29,120 bases of DNA, from the NCBI GenBank assembly GCA_044359535.1, contig JBIKLZ010000011.1, positions 1 to 29,120 on the forward strand, read 5' to 3'. This DNA is from Chlamydiia bacterium. Lineage in GTDB: Bacteria; Chlamydiota; Chlamydiia; Chlamydiales; 2-12-FULL-49-11. The translations under genes were made by a program, and so were the position numbers. Shown here one piece after another: positions 18,272 to 28,176 of this stretch. Positions within the stretch are counted from its first letter, which is position 1. Every line of letters starts with the position of its first letter. Below the pieces are notes generated by a model. It ran no database searches, was not told where the DNA came from, and saw nothing but the letters and a program-made list of their open reading frames with translations.

Positions 18272-21211
18272 TTTTGAGTGAAGATGAGCTTGTGAAGGGC
18301 TTTTTTCACTAAACATTAGGGCTGGAACAATAATAATATCCAAAACAGCTTGGGATAAAGGGGGGCTTTTGATCAACTCAAAAAGAGTGGTCATTTGCTT
18401 GTAAAACCAGTGGTTGACTAATGGAGAGAGGGCTTTTGCCCCTTTTGAAGCTAAGTTTAAGCTCCCTGTGTTGAATTCTATAGATGGATAAAACTCTACT
18501 TGAGCTAAAGTTCCCTTTAACCCATCAAGTTTTCGGATAAAATTTCGCCTAAATTTTTTTATATCTATAGATTCATTTTTTAAACTGAGAAATTCTTTAT
18601 AGATAAAGGCTTGAGCCTTTACATCTTTTAGAATATCTTTACATTTTTTTTGTAAAATCACTTTTTTTACAGAGTCTTTAGCCATGTTCTTTGTTAGTAT
18701 TTTTTTAATCAATTGAAGCTGTTTGATGAGTGTGTAATGAATCTCATGATATGTTATCGATTCATCAAGAGGTTGAATAGATTCTAAATGGGAAAAAAAA
18801 TGGGGGTTAGAAAGATCTAAATGTTCAATAAGATCGATCAATGCTTTGCATGAAGGGGGGGCTAAAGATGCAGCAAAAACCTCTCTTAGATGGATAACTT
18901 TAGATTTTAATTGTTTAAGTTCAATTAAAAGGGTACAGAGAGTTGAATAAAGGTGGGTATTTATTTTTTCCGAATCTGCGCTATATTTAATAATTTGATC
19001 GGCATAATTATCAAGGGATTCTTCAATAGCTTTTAATTTTGCCCCTTTATCCTCTGTTGAATAGTTCGATTGTTCACTATCGTTAAGACATTGATTAATG
19101 CGACACGTTGTGGCACTAAGCTTTTTAAGGAGTTGAAGTTGGACATCTTTGCTTGTTTTTTCGATAGAATCAGAGCTTTGTTCATCCATAGCCTTATAAG
19201 CTAAGGTGATAAGTCTTTGTCCAGTAGTTTTAATGGCCAATTCTATTCTCTTTCTTCTTTTGATAAAATTTTCATCAACCCTTTCTTTCTCTTCTTTTGT
19301 AGAAGGGGACTTTTTCCCATGGATAAGGTATTGATTTAAGGAAGTTAAAGCATGAGAAAGAGCATATTGAGTCCACTCTTTAGAGATTAATTTTTCATAA
19401 AAAGTAGAAAGTAAAGGGGCAAGAAAATCAAGAGACTTTTCAAACACTTCATCACCTATTCCAAAAGGAATCTTTTCACATCTTTGTTCTAAAGTGGGAG
19501 ATGTTGAATTTTGATGGAGATTGATCAGTTCAAAAAAGGACCTAAGAAAATCTTTGATCTCCTTTTTTCCTGTAAAAAGAGGAAAGGAGGGTAAGGGAGG
19601 GAAAGATTCAGAGGGGCTTTTCTTTATTTGATTAAGCAATGCTTTATTGATCTTGTTTAAAAGGTCTAAAAACAAAGAATCTAAAAGTTCTGTTTTAATT
19701 TCTTGACCCTCTCCACTAAGAAGGACTAACGCTTGATGGGTGATCTCTCCAATAAAGTTTGTTTTAACGGCAAAGTGTGTAATCAATTGATTGACCAAGA
19801 AGTTTAACACCCTTTCTATAGGTTTTACAATAAGTGTATCAAAAATATGGAGTAGTTTCCTTGCAAGGGTAAAAAGAGTTTTAAGAAATTTATTTAAGAA
19901 ATGTTCTTTTTTAAGCAATAGTGTTGACTTTAGCAAAGCCTCTTGCCCTTTTTTAAAAGGGGCTGAAAGTCTTATACATCTAAACTTACATGAGTTGATA
20001 AATGTTTTAGCAATGAGTTTATTGCGTTGATCTCGTTGTGTTTTTGTCCCGTTTACAGCTTCAAAAAGGTATTGTGGAAAGGTTCTGTTGTCCATCGGAT
20101 CAATGTGTCGAGCCTCTTTATTTTTTAAAGCAAAAGCATACTTATTAAAAATAAGTTGTAATTTTTGAAGGAAGCTAGAATGAGAGGTGGGAAGGGTTTT
20201 ATGTTCATCAGAATCAATCACATTACAGTGTAGGTGGCCAAATAAAGCTACAGTGATCTGCTTTGTATGGATTGGGATTTGAGAAATAATAGAGGGTAAA
20301 AGGATCTGTCGGAGAAAAAATTTTCCTAACCAAGAATTTTTTTTGTTTGATTCTAACTCATTAATGAGAATGTTTTTAAACACTTTTGAACTTGAGTAAA
20401 GATCCCCTCTAAGACAATGGCCTAATTTGTGAATGGTTTTGTCAATCAGTGCTTCAAAAGATGGGATGAAAAGAGTTAAAAAAGGGGCTAAGTTATAGAT
20501 GAATTTTAATGAGAGTAACTCTTCAGAAAGGGCTACTTGTTGAGAAATTATTTCCCCTAAACTCAAATTTCTATGATCCCTGTTTGATAGGGGATGTTTA
20601 GGAAGGTCTTTGTATTCTTGGTAGATTTCCTCTAAAGTTTTTTTATCCCCTTTTTCTTGGGTAAAAAGTCCCTTTGGAAGTGTAAATCCATCAATTTTAA
20701 TGGGGTGTTTGGAGAAAATGCTTTGAATTTTCTGAAAAATTTCATCAGGATTGTTTATCTCTTCATCAGAAATAAGATGTATACATTGATCAATAATTTT
20801 TTTTGCAGATGGATCCATTTTTTGAAGGACAGGGGATTTTAACCCATTTTTAAAATAGGATAAAGCAACCCTTTTTAAAACCTGAAGATGTTTCTCTGTA
20901 AAAGGGTCTTGCATAAAGGTGTTAAGGTTTTTTATATGGGGGGCTAAAGTGTGAAGTACGTTGCATGTTCGTCTAATGACAAGGGGGATGTTGCGTTCAG
21001 AAGCTTTTATTGTAGTGGAGGGTTCTATACCGATATCTGTTAAAAAAAGGGAGCCTTGATCAGAAATATATTTTTGAATTTTTTGAGCCTCTTGAGCATA
21101 GGCGCTAAGGGTGTTAAATGTTTCAAAAAGCCAATTACAGCTGTTATAAAAAAAATAGGCAATACCGGTAGCTGCTACTGCTTGCACTGAAAACCACAAA
21201 ATGCCCTCCAT
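18266..21211 (-). CDS. Large hypothetical protein (981 aa) with N-terminal hydrophobic segment
   Basis: Long ORF; N-terminus ILWFSVQAVAATGIAYFFY; Leu/Lys-rich helical composition; no family recognised. Confidence 0.7.
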   Translation of the reverse strand: MEGILWFSVQAVAATGIAYFFYNSCNWLFETFNTLSAYAQEAQKIQKYISDQGSLFLTDIGIEPSTTIKASERNIPLVIRRTCNVLHTLAPHIKNLNTFMQDPFTEKHLQVLKRVALSYFKNGLKSPVLQKMDPSAKKIIDQCIHLISDEEINNPDEIFQKIQSIFSKHPIKIDGFTLPKGLFTQEKGDKKTLEEIYQEYKDLPKHPLSNRDHRNLSLGEIISQQVALSEELLSLKFIYNLAPFLTLFIPSFEALIDKTIHKLGHCLRGDLYSSSKVFKNILINELESNKKNSWLGKFFLRQILLPSIISQIPIHTKQITVALFGHLHCNVIDSDEHKTLPTSHSSFLQKLQLIFNKYAFALKNKEARHIDPMDNRTFPQYLFEAVNGTKTQRDQRNKLIAKTFINSCKFRCIRLSAPFKKGQEALLKSTLLLKKEHFLNKFLKTLFTLARKLLHIFDTLIVKPIERVLNFLVNQLITHFAVKTNFIGEITHQALVLLSGEGQEIKTELLDSLFLDLLNKINKALLNQIKKSPSESFPPLPSFPLFTGKKEIKDFLRSFFELINLHQNSTSPTLEQRCEKIPFGIGDEVFEKSLDFLAPLLSTFYEKLISKEWTQYALSHALTSLNQYLIHGKKSPSTKEEKERVDENFIKRRKRIELAIKTTGQRLITLAYKAMDEQSSDSIEKTSKDVQLQLLKKLSATTCRINQCLNDSEQSNYSTEDKGAKLKAIEESLDNYADQIIKYSADSEKINTHLYSTLCTLLIELKQLKSKVIHLREVFAASLAPPSCKALIDLIEHLDLSNPHFFSHLESIQPLDESITYHEIHYTLIKQLQLIKKILTKNMAKDSVKKVILQKKCKDILKDVKAQAFIYKEFLSLKNESIDIKKFRRNFIRKLDGLKGTLAQVEFYPSIEFNTGSLNLASKGAKALSPLVNHWFYKQMTTLFELIKSPPLSQAVLDIIIVPALMFSEKSPSQAHLHSKL

Positions 21212-21293
21212 AGGAAGGGAAATAGTAAAGAAAAATAAGGTAAAATGGAAGAAATTATTACATTATTTTGAAAGAAGTCTAATATAAAAAAAA

Positions 21294-21387
21294 GCTGGAG
21301 AGTGCTTATGACAAAAACATTTTTCTTAAGGCTGCTCCCTTCCGGTCCTGACCTGATTCGATAGGTTTATTCCAAAAGGTCCCCAGC
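21294..21387 (-). ncRNA. ffs: Small bacterial signal recognition particle RNA (4.5S)
   Basis: Minus strand reads GCUGGGGA...CAGGUCAGGACCGGAAGGGAGCAGCC...UCUCCAGC, then a U8 run. It contains the conserved helix-8 motif with GGAA tetraloop and complementary ends. Confidence 0.93.
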
Positions 21388-21395
21388 AAAAGGTA

Positions 21396-21425
21396 AATAT
21401 ATCAAAGGAGATAATTTGCAATCAA
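21396..21425 (-). promoter_or_regulatory. Putative promoter of the SRP RNA overlapping the uvrA stop codon
   Basis: Minus strand TTGATT (21425-21420), 18 bp, TATATT (21401-21396); the uvrA TGA supplies the extended -10 TGn. Confidence 0.45.
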
Positions 21426-24400
21426 TGCTTTCTTATTGTGGATAATTTCTGAAACACTTCCCATGTCCACAATTTTCCCCCCGTTTTCTCCACCCAAAGG
21501 ACCAAGATCAATGATATAATCGCTATTGGAAATGATGTCAACGTTGTGTTCAATGATCCATAAAGGATGCCCTTTTTCAAGAAGGGTGTCAAATAATTTT
21601 AGTAAAAGCTCCACATCTTTAAAATGCAATCCTATTGTAGGTTCATCAAATATGTAGAGGGTTTTTCCAACCTCTGGCTTTAAGAGCTCAGCAGCAATTT
21701 TAAGCCTTGAGGACTCTCCCCCTGAAAGGGTTTTTACCCCTCTATTTAAGCACAGGTGATCAAGACCTGTAGCACCCATTAACAAAAGGGCTTTTTCTAT
21801 TTTTTTTAGAGGGGGAAAGGTTTTTAATGCGGTTTGAACATCTAATTGTAATAGTTGAGAGATAGACATCCCTTTGTATTTCACCGAAAGGCTCAAAGGG
21901 TTTAAGCGAAGACCGTTGCAAGAAGAGCACTCTAATTGAATTGGGGGTAGAAAGTGTAAATCAATCCACTCTTGACCAAGTCCCTTACATCGTTTACAAC
22001 ACCCATCTTTGTGATTAAAGCTAAAGTAGCTAGGGGTAAGTCCTTGCATTTTTGCATCTTTTAAGGAGGCAAAAAAAGTGCGCAAAGGGGTTAATATATC
22101 TAAATAGGTCGAAATATCTGATCGAGATGAATGTGACACTGGGGTTTGATTGATGTGAATTACTTTTGAAATAAGGTTGCAGTGATTGAGTTCATAATCT
22201 TTTCTTTTAATGGTGTTTAAAGGGATCCTTCTTTTTAAATTTTCCTCCAACTGACAGGAGAGTAAATCAATAACAAGAGAGGTTTTTCCAGCTCCTGAAA
22301 CGCCAGTAAAGGTTGTAATTCCATTTAATGGAATGTCTACGCTGAGGTTTTTTATGTTATGGATAGTGGCCTTTTTTACCTCCAAAAAGTGTTCCGGTTT
22401 CATTAAAGGGGTCATCCGTTTAAGGATCTTTTTCTTCGCTAGGTAGGGACCAGTTGAAGAGTGTGGATTATTTATAATTTCTTGATAACTCCCTTTTGCT
22501 ACGACGTAGCCTCCCTCTTTACCCCCAACTGGACCAAAATCAAAAATTTCATCGGCTATTGCCATTGTGAGGGGGTCGTGCTCAACAATGATAAGGGTAT
22601 TTCCCCGAAGGGACATTTTTTTCAAAGAGGAGTGAAGAAGTTCACTATTTGCCGGGTGTAACCCGATTGTGGGTTCATCAAGAACGTAGCAAGCCCCGGT
22701 GAGTTCTTTATGAAGTTCTTTAGCAAGCCTTGCCCTTTGAACTTCTCCTGTGCTTAATGTTCTTGTCATTCGGTGGATGGATAAATAGGACAACCCTATC
22801 TCTATCAAAAAATTTAAGGTTGAAAGGGCTCTACTTAAAGGTTCTTTAATGACATCTGATAGGGGAATAGAGGCAAGAATATTGTAAGCTTCTTGTAAAG
22901 GGAGGGCACAGAGTGAGGGAAGGGATCTATTTTGAATAAGAACATGAGACGCAAAAGGGTTTAGCCGCCCCCCATTGCACTCTGGGCATTGCCTTTCATT
23001 CCCCCCTCCAAAATAGGCATACATCTCTTCATCAATATCAATTAAAATACCAAGGCCATTGCAGTGAGGGCATTTGCCCTCGACATGGTTAAAAGAAAAT
23101 GTATGATGAGTGATTTTTGGGTAAGATTTTCCAGTTTCTTTTACAGAAAAGCAAAGGTTATAGTAGTGCTCTTTATCCTCACAAATCACGATCACCTCGT
23201 TATTAGAATAGGTAGAGGCAAGGTCTATTCCATCGATGAGTTGTTTAAAGATGGTGGGTGAAAAAACAAGTCTATCGATCACAAGTTCTAGTCTATTTTT
23301 CCTTAATTTTCTAAAAGGGATCTCTTGATCCAATTCGTAAAAAACCCCATTAAGACGGATGCGTAAAAAACCAGAACTGAGAAATGAATTTTTCCACACG
23401 GTAAAATCACCCATTTTACTTGTATCGATGGGGGCCAAAATAGTGATTTTGGCTCTTTCTGGGGTATCTATATATTGATTGGCAATGTATTGACTTGTCA
23501 CTTGAACAATGGGGTAGTTTGTCTCAGGACAAAAAGGGATCCCAATCAACGCATAAATAAGTCTTAAATGATCATAGACCTCTGTCATTGTCCCTAAGGT
23601 ACTTCTTGGGTTCATGCTTCGCATTTTTTGTTCAATAGCAATTGTAGGGGAAAGATTTTCCATCTTTCCATATTTAGGTTTTGGAAGGGGGTGAACAAAT
23701 CTTCGGGTAAAGGGGGGAAGGGTTTCAACAAATCTTCTTTGAGCTTCTGCGTAAAGGGTGTTATAGGCAAGAGAGGTCTTTCCCGACCCTGAAGGTCCAG
23801 AAAAAACAGTGATTTTCCCTTTTTGAATCTCTAGAGAAAGCCCTTTTAAATTATGCTCATGAGCGTTTTGAATAATTAGATTTTTTTTAACAGGGGAGAG
23901 ATCTATTGCAGATGCATAGGAGGAAGTGCTCCCAACAAGGGCTGCTTTAATAAAAGGAGCGGTAGGTGAATTTTCTTGTGCAACCTTTTCAACAGTTCCT
24001 TGTGCTACTATGTGCCCCCCATTTTTTCCCCCCGATGGACCTAAATCAATGACGTAATCGCAGGTTTTTACTAAATCCATATTGTGTTCGATGATAATCA
24101 TTGAATTGCCATTGTCAACAAGCTCATGAAGAATATGTAAAAGTTTAGAAATATCATAAAAATGAAGCCCTGTAGTGGGTTCATCTAAAATATAGAGGGT
24201 TTTAGCACTTTGTTTTTTTAAAAGTTCGCAAGAAAGCTTTATCCTTTGAGCCTCGCCACCAGATAGGGTTGTTGCCGACTGTCCAAGGGAGATATAGCCA
24301 AGGCCCATCTCTTTAAGGAGGGAAAGTTTTTTGTAAATAAGGGGGATATTTTCAAAATAAGAAGATGCTTCATCAATTGTCATATCCAAGACATCAGAAA

Positions 24401-26753
24401 TATTTTTCCCTTTATAGACAATGGAGAGAGTTTTACTGTCAAAACGTTTTCCTTTGCATTCTTGACAAGTAACCCACACATCGGCTAAAAAATCCATATC
24501 CACTTGAATCGATCCAACCCCGCTGCAGTGCGGGCACGACCCCTCTTTTACATTGAAACTAAACCTCCCTTCAGAAAAACCAGCGGCTTTTGATGAGGGG
24601 AGAGAAGCAAAGAATTTTCGAATATCGGTAAAGACCCCCACATAGGTTGCAGGATTTGATCTAGGGGTCCTTCCAATAGGAGATTGATCGATAGATATAA
24701 CCTTTTCGATGAGGTCGACACCTGTGATCTTATTATGCTTGCCTACTGAAAGGGAGGTTTTATGAAGAAGGTTGCTTAGATAGGGGAAAAGGGTCTCTGT
24801 AATTAAAGAGGACTTTCCTGAACCAGAAATTCCAGTGATTGCAGTCATTACCCCCAAGGGAATGGTCACATCGACATTTTTTAAATTATGATGACAGGCA
24901 CCAAAAATGTTTAGCCCCTTTTTAAGATCGACCTTGCGCTTTTTAGGGATGAGGATTTTCTCCCTTTTTGAAAGGTAATTTGCAGTAAGAGATTTTTCCT
25001 CTTTTAAAAAATCTTTTGTAGGGCCATTATAAATGATTTCCCCCCCTAAGATCCCTGCTTTGGGTCCAATATCGACCACAGAATCAGAAGCAAGGATGGT
25101 TTCTTCGTCATGTTCTACAACGATAATGGTATTGCCTAGTTGTTGAAGAGCTTTGAGTGTTTTAATAAGCTTTAAGTTGTCACTTGGATGTAATCCAATA
25201 GAGGGCTCATCTAGAATATATAAGACGTCAGTTAAGGAGGAACCAATAAGTCCAGAAAGACGAACCCTTTGAGCCTCGCCACCTGAAAGGGTTGGAGAGG
25301 TTCTGTTGATGGTTAAGTAGGAAAGACCCACATTGATTAAAAATGAAAGTCGAGAGTCCATTTCTTTTAAAATTTCTTTAGCAACAAGGGCCTCATTTTC
25401 TGTAAGTTTTAAAGAAGAAAGTTCCTCTTTAAGTTCTTGAATAGAGAGCTCACTCCATTGCTGAATGGTTTTGTCTTTAAATCGAGCCGCACTTGGATAA
25501 GGCTTTAAACAAGAACCTTTGCACTCTGGACAAGGAAATATATCCATCAACTCCTTCATTTTTTCTTTATAAGCGGAGGAGGTCGATTGGGAAAGGCGCT
25601 CTTTAGCAATATTGACAACCCCCTTCCATTCGACATAATCTGTCCAGGTATAAAAGGTTTCAGGATGGACAAAAGTCATCTTTACCCATTTATCATCGGT
25701 GCCATACAAATAGATTTCTTGAGCTTTTTTCGACAGTTTCTTCCACGGTGTGGTGAGTTTAAAGCCATAGAGGTCTGCAAGATTTTTATAGATATTTCCC
25801 CACTTTACCGTTCCAAATAAGGGGGCTATAGAGCATAGGTCTTGAGAAATAGAAAGGTCGGGGTTGCATATTTTTGAAAGATCAAAATCTTCACATACTC
25901 CCAAACCTTTGCATCGATTGCACATCCCCTTGGGGTGATTGAAGGAAAAATCCTCACTTTCTAAGGTTTTATAGTAGACCCCAGATGTGGGTGAAAAACT
26001 AAATAGTGAGTAGACTTTTGTCTCTTTTAAAGAGGGAATAAAGAGCGAAAAGACCCCCTCTCCCACTTTTAAAGAGTGTGAAATAGCCTCATCAATACGT
26101 AAAGATCCTTTGTGGATAACAATCCTATCTATAACAATATCAATATCATGAGCCTTCTCTTTATCAAGAGAGGGGATTGTTTCACTTAAATCAACCCCTT
26201 CTCCATCAATATAAAGACGGGAAAACCCTTTTTTAAGAAGGGCAAGTAAATCCTCTTTAAAGGCCCCTTTTTTCCCTTTTACAAAGGGGGATAAAAAAAT
26301 AACTTTTGTCCCCTCTTCTATTTGAAAAAGGCTTTCTTTAATTTCCCTTTCAGTGGCCCGTTCAATTTTTTCACCACTTAAAGGACAGTAGCACACAGCA
26401 AGATGGGTAAAAAGAAGTCTTAAATGGTCGTAAAGATGGGTGATTGTCCCAACGGTCGATCTGGGATTTTGAGAAAGGGTTTTTTGTTCGATGGCAATTG
26501 TAGGGGCAAGTCCAGTGATTTTTTCTGCTTGAGGGGAGGCAAGCTTTCCAATACCTCTGCGTGCCCCTTTTGATAAGGACTCAATATACCTTTTTTGCCC
26601 TTCAATAAATAAAGTATCAAAAGCAAGAGAAGATTTTCCTGACCCTGAAACACCAGTAAAGGCGACCATCTCCCCTATATTGATTGAAAGATCTACATTC
26701 TTTAGGTTGTGGACACAAACCCCTTTTAAGACGATTTTTCTTTTTTCACTCAT
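21402..26753 (-). CDS. uvrA: Excinuclease ABC subunit A, double-length (tandem-fused) form
   Basis: Four Walker A motifs (GVSGSGKSS, GISGSGKSS, GPSGSGKTS, GVSGAGKTS), four signature/DEP motifs, CxxC zinc sites; 1783 aa. Confidence 0.97.
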   Translation of the reverse strand: MSEKRKIVLKGVCVHNLKNVDLSINIGEMVAFTGVSGSGKSSLAFDTLFIEGQKRYIESLSKGARRGIGKLASPQAEKITGLAPTIAIEQKTLSQNPRSTVGTITHLYDHLRLLFTHLAVCYCPLSGEKIERATEREIKESLFQIEEGTKVIFLSPFVKGKKGAFKEDLLALLKKGFSRLYIDGEGVDLSETIPSLDKEKAHDIDIVIDRIVIHKGSLRIDEAISHSLKVGEGVFSLFIPSLKETKVYSLFSFSPTSGVYYKTLESEDFSFNHPKGMCNRCKGLGVCEDFDLSKICNPDLSISQDLCSIAPLFGTVKWGNIYKNLADLYGFKLTTPWKKLSKKAQEIYLYGTDDKWVKMTFVHPETFYTWTDYVEWKGVVNIAKERLSQSTSSAYKEKMKELMDIFPCPECKGSCLKPYPSAARFKDKTIQQWSELSIQELKEELSSLKLTENEALVAKEILKEMDSRLSFLINVGLSYLTINRTSPTLSGGEAQRVRLSGLIGSSLTDVLYILDEPSIGLHPSDNLKLIKTLKALQQLGNTIIVVEHDEETILASDSVVDIGPKAGILGGEIIYNGPTKDFLKEEKSLTANYLSKREKILIPKKRKVDLKKGLNIFGACHHNLKNVDVTIPLGVMTAITGISGSGKSSLITETLFPYLSNLLHKTSLSVGKHNKITGVDLIEKVISIDQSPIGRTPRSNPATYVGVFTDIRKFFASLPSSKAAGFSEGRFSFNVKEGSCPHCSGVGSIQVDMDFLADVWVTCQECKGKRFDSKTLSIVYKGKNISDVLDMTIDEASSYFENIPLIYKKLSLLKEMGLGYISLGQSATTLSGGEAQRIKLSCELLKKQSAKTLYILDEPTTGLHFYDISKLLHILHELVDNGNSMIIIEHNMDLVKTCDYVIDLGPSGGKNGGHIVAQGTVEKVAQENSPTAPFIKAALVGSTSSYASAIDLSPVKKNLIIQNAHEHNLKGLSLEIQKGKITVFSGPSGSGKTSLAYNTLYAEAQRRFVETLPPFTRRFVHPLPKPKYGKMENLSPTIAIEQKMRSMNPRSTLGTMTEVYDHLRLIYALIGIPFCPETNYPIVQVTSQYIANQYIDTPERAKITILAPIDTSKMGDFTVWKNSFLSSGFLRIRLNGVFYELDQEIPFRKLRKNRLELVIDRLVFSPTIFKQLIDGIDLASTYSNNEVIVICEDKEHYYNLCFSVKETGKSYPKITHHTFSFNHVEGKCPHCNGLGILIDIDEEMYAYFGGGNERQCPECNGGRLNPFASHVLIQNRSLPSLCALPLQEAYNILASIPLSDVIKEPLSRALSTLNFLIEIGLSYLSIHRMTRTLSTGEVQRARLAKELHKELTGACYVLDEPTIGLHPANSELLHSSLKKMSLRGNTLIIVEHDPLTMAIADEIFDFGPVGGKEGGYVVAKGSYQEIINNPHSSTGPYLAKKKILKRMTPLMKPEHFLEVKKATIHNIKNLSVDIPLNGITTFTGVSGAGKTSLVIDLLSCQLEENLKRRIPLNTIKRKDYELNHCNLISKVIHINQTPVSHSSRSDISTYLDILTPLRTFFASLKDAKMQGLTPSYFSFNHKDGCCKRCKGLGQEWIDLHFLPPIQLECSSCNGLRLNPLSLSVKYKGMSISQLLQLDVQTALKTFPPLKKIEKALLLMGATGLDHLCLNRGVKTLSGGESSRLKIAAELLKPEVGKTLYIFDEPTIGLHFKDVELLLKLFDTLLEKGHPLWIIEHNVDIISNSDYIIDLGPLGGENGGKIVDMGSVSEIIHNKKALIANYLL

Positions 26754-26782
26754 AGGGGATGTAGTATCTAGAAATCCCCTAT
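26752..26782. promoter_or_regulatory. 9-bp perfect inverted repeat overlapping the uvrA start codon
   Basis: ATAGGGGAT (26752-26760), 13 nt, ATCCCCTAT (26774-26782). Confidence 0.5.
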
Positions 26783-26896
26783 TTTAGTAAATAGAGAGCT
26801 TTTAAAGGGATGTATTCGATAAAATAATATTCTCATTTTTTTATAAATATAATATAATAAGGTTTTTAGATTATTTATTATAAGGATTTTTAAAAA

Positions 26897-27304
26897 ATGA
26901 TTCGACCTCAAGCAGATTATGGCGGCCTTAAATGGATTGATAAAAAAAGGGAAGTGTTTAGTAATGAACAATCTAAACTCAGTAGATCGGTTGAGGTTGA
27001 TAGCCAATTTTGCTATCAAAAAATCTGTCAAAGGGTGGATCAATGGAAAAAAAGAACCAATTTATTGCTCTTTTTTAAAAGGATTTTTGAATTTCTTAAG
27101 TGGGAATGTGTTGTAAATGAAATTTCTGGGTCTATTAATTATTTAAAGATTCAAAGAGATTTGGATTTACAACCATTGTTTCAAGATCAAAAGAAATTCT
27201 GGAGCTATCTAAAGTCAATAGGTGTACTTTTTGACATGAAAGAATTTACTAATACAGTAAATTTATTAAAAAACATAAATTTTTTGCAAACAACTGAAAA
27301 CTAG
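26897..27304 (+). CDS. Hypothetical protein (135 aa)
   Basis: ATG-started ORF after an AT-rich intergenic region with AAGGA upstream; no family recognised. Confidence 0.5.
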   Translation: MIRPQADYGGLKWIDKKREVFSNEQSKLSRSVEVDSQFCYQKICQRVDQWKKRTNLLLFFKRIFEFLKWECVVNEISGSINYLKIQRDLDLQPLFQDQKKFWSYLKSIGVLFDMKEFTNTVNLLKNINFLQTTEN

Positions 27305-27332
27305 TGGTTTGTGGTGTTTTTAAAATCATTAT

Positions 27333-27383
27333 TTGAATATTTAATATAATTATGTTATAATAAATATATTAAACGAAGGAGGT
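27333..27383 (+). promoter_or_regulatory. Near-consensus sigma66/sigma70 promoter and perfect RBS
   Basis: TTGAAT (27333-27338), 17 bp, TATAAT (27356-27361) with extended TG; AAGGAGGT at 27376-27383. Confidence 0.7.
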
Positions 27384-27387
27384 TGTT

Positions 27388-27750
27388 ATGCTAACAGGAG
27401 TTGAAAGATCTTTTGGCTTTGCTGTGCAAACAAATGATTTTAAGCCACTTGATGAAAGTTTCATTACAGATCTTATCCAAAAGATTAAAGCTTTATTTTT
27501 AGCATTAATAGGGAGTCATTCTAAAGAAAATGCAGATGGGCAGAACCTCAAAGAAAGAGATTGCTTTTCTACCGCAAATGTCGAGGACTATAAAAGAAAG
27601 TTAGCGGAGGAAAATAACGAAGTTGTGGTTGTGGGTAATCAATATGGAGATTGTGGATTGGGTTCTGATGGTTGTGATATGGATGGGACTGATTATAGGA
27701 GTGTTATGAAGTTCAACCCTTGGGCAAACGAGGAGGGGAAAAATGGTTAG
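27388..27750 (+). CDS. Hypothetical protein (120 aa)
   Basis: ORF with strong promoter and RBS; amphipathic segment LIQKIKALFLALI. Confidence 0.7.
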   Translation: MLTGVERSFGFAVQTNDFKPLDESFITDLIQKIKALFLALIGSHSKENADGQNLKERDCFSTANVEDYKRKLAEENNEVVVVGNQYGDCGLGSDGCDMDGTDYRSVMKFNPWANEEGKNG

Positions 27751-28108
27751 TAAAATTTCTGTTCAAGAAGGGACATTTATGCTTTTGGGTATTTCGACGG
27801 ACAAGCATAAAAAAATAGCAAAGTTTCTTGATACAAAAAACCGTACAAGGGTGACTATTGAAGAAAAAATTCTTAAATTCTTCATTTCTTTTGTACACTT
27901 TTTTGATCCAAACAAAAACCTAAAATCTTTAACTGAAAGAGTGAAAAAACTAGAGGGAGAAAGATCTGAAAAGATCCAAGACCCTAAAACTTTGCCATTG
28001 TCACAAGAAAAGGCTCAATTGAGTGTAAAAGACCAACTGCCAGACGATTTTTTTAATCAGACATTTGAAGATAAAGAAGCACTGCCAGAGGGTTTTTTTG
28101 GGGGATAG
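27743..28108 (+). CDS. Hypothetical protein (121 aa)
   Basis: GAGGAGG RBS; 8-bp overlap with the previous gene; amphipathic segment IEEKILKFFISFVHFF. Confidence 0.7.
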   Translation: MVSKISVQEGTFMLLGISTDKHKKIAKFLDTKNRTRVTIEEKILKFFISFVHFFDPNKNLKSLTERVKKLEGERSEKIQDPKTLPLSQEKAQLSVKDQLPDDFFNQTFEDKEALPEGFFGG

Positions 28109-28176
28109 AAATTTCTTAATTTGATTGCAAAATATGATCTATTTTTCATTTATGGTATTTATATAGGAGATGAATA

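Noticed and set aside
21402-26753. Double-length UvrA as a novelty or misassembly
   Set aside because: Established for Chlamydiae; the halves are highly diverged and the frame is continuous.
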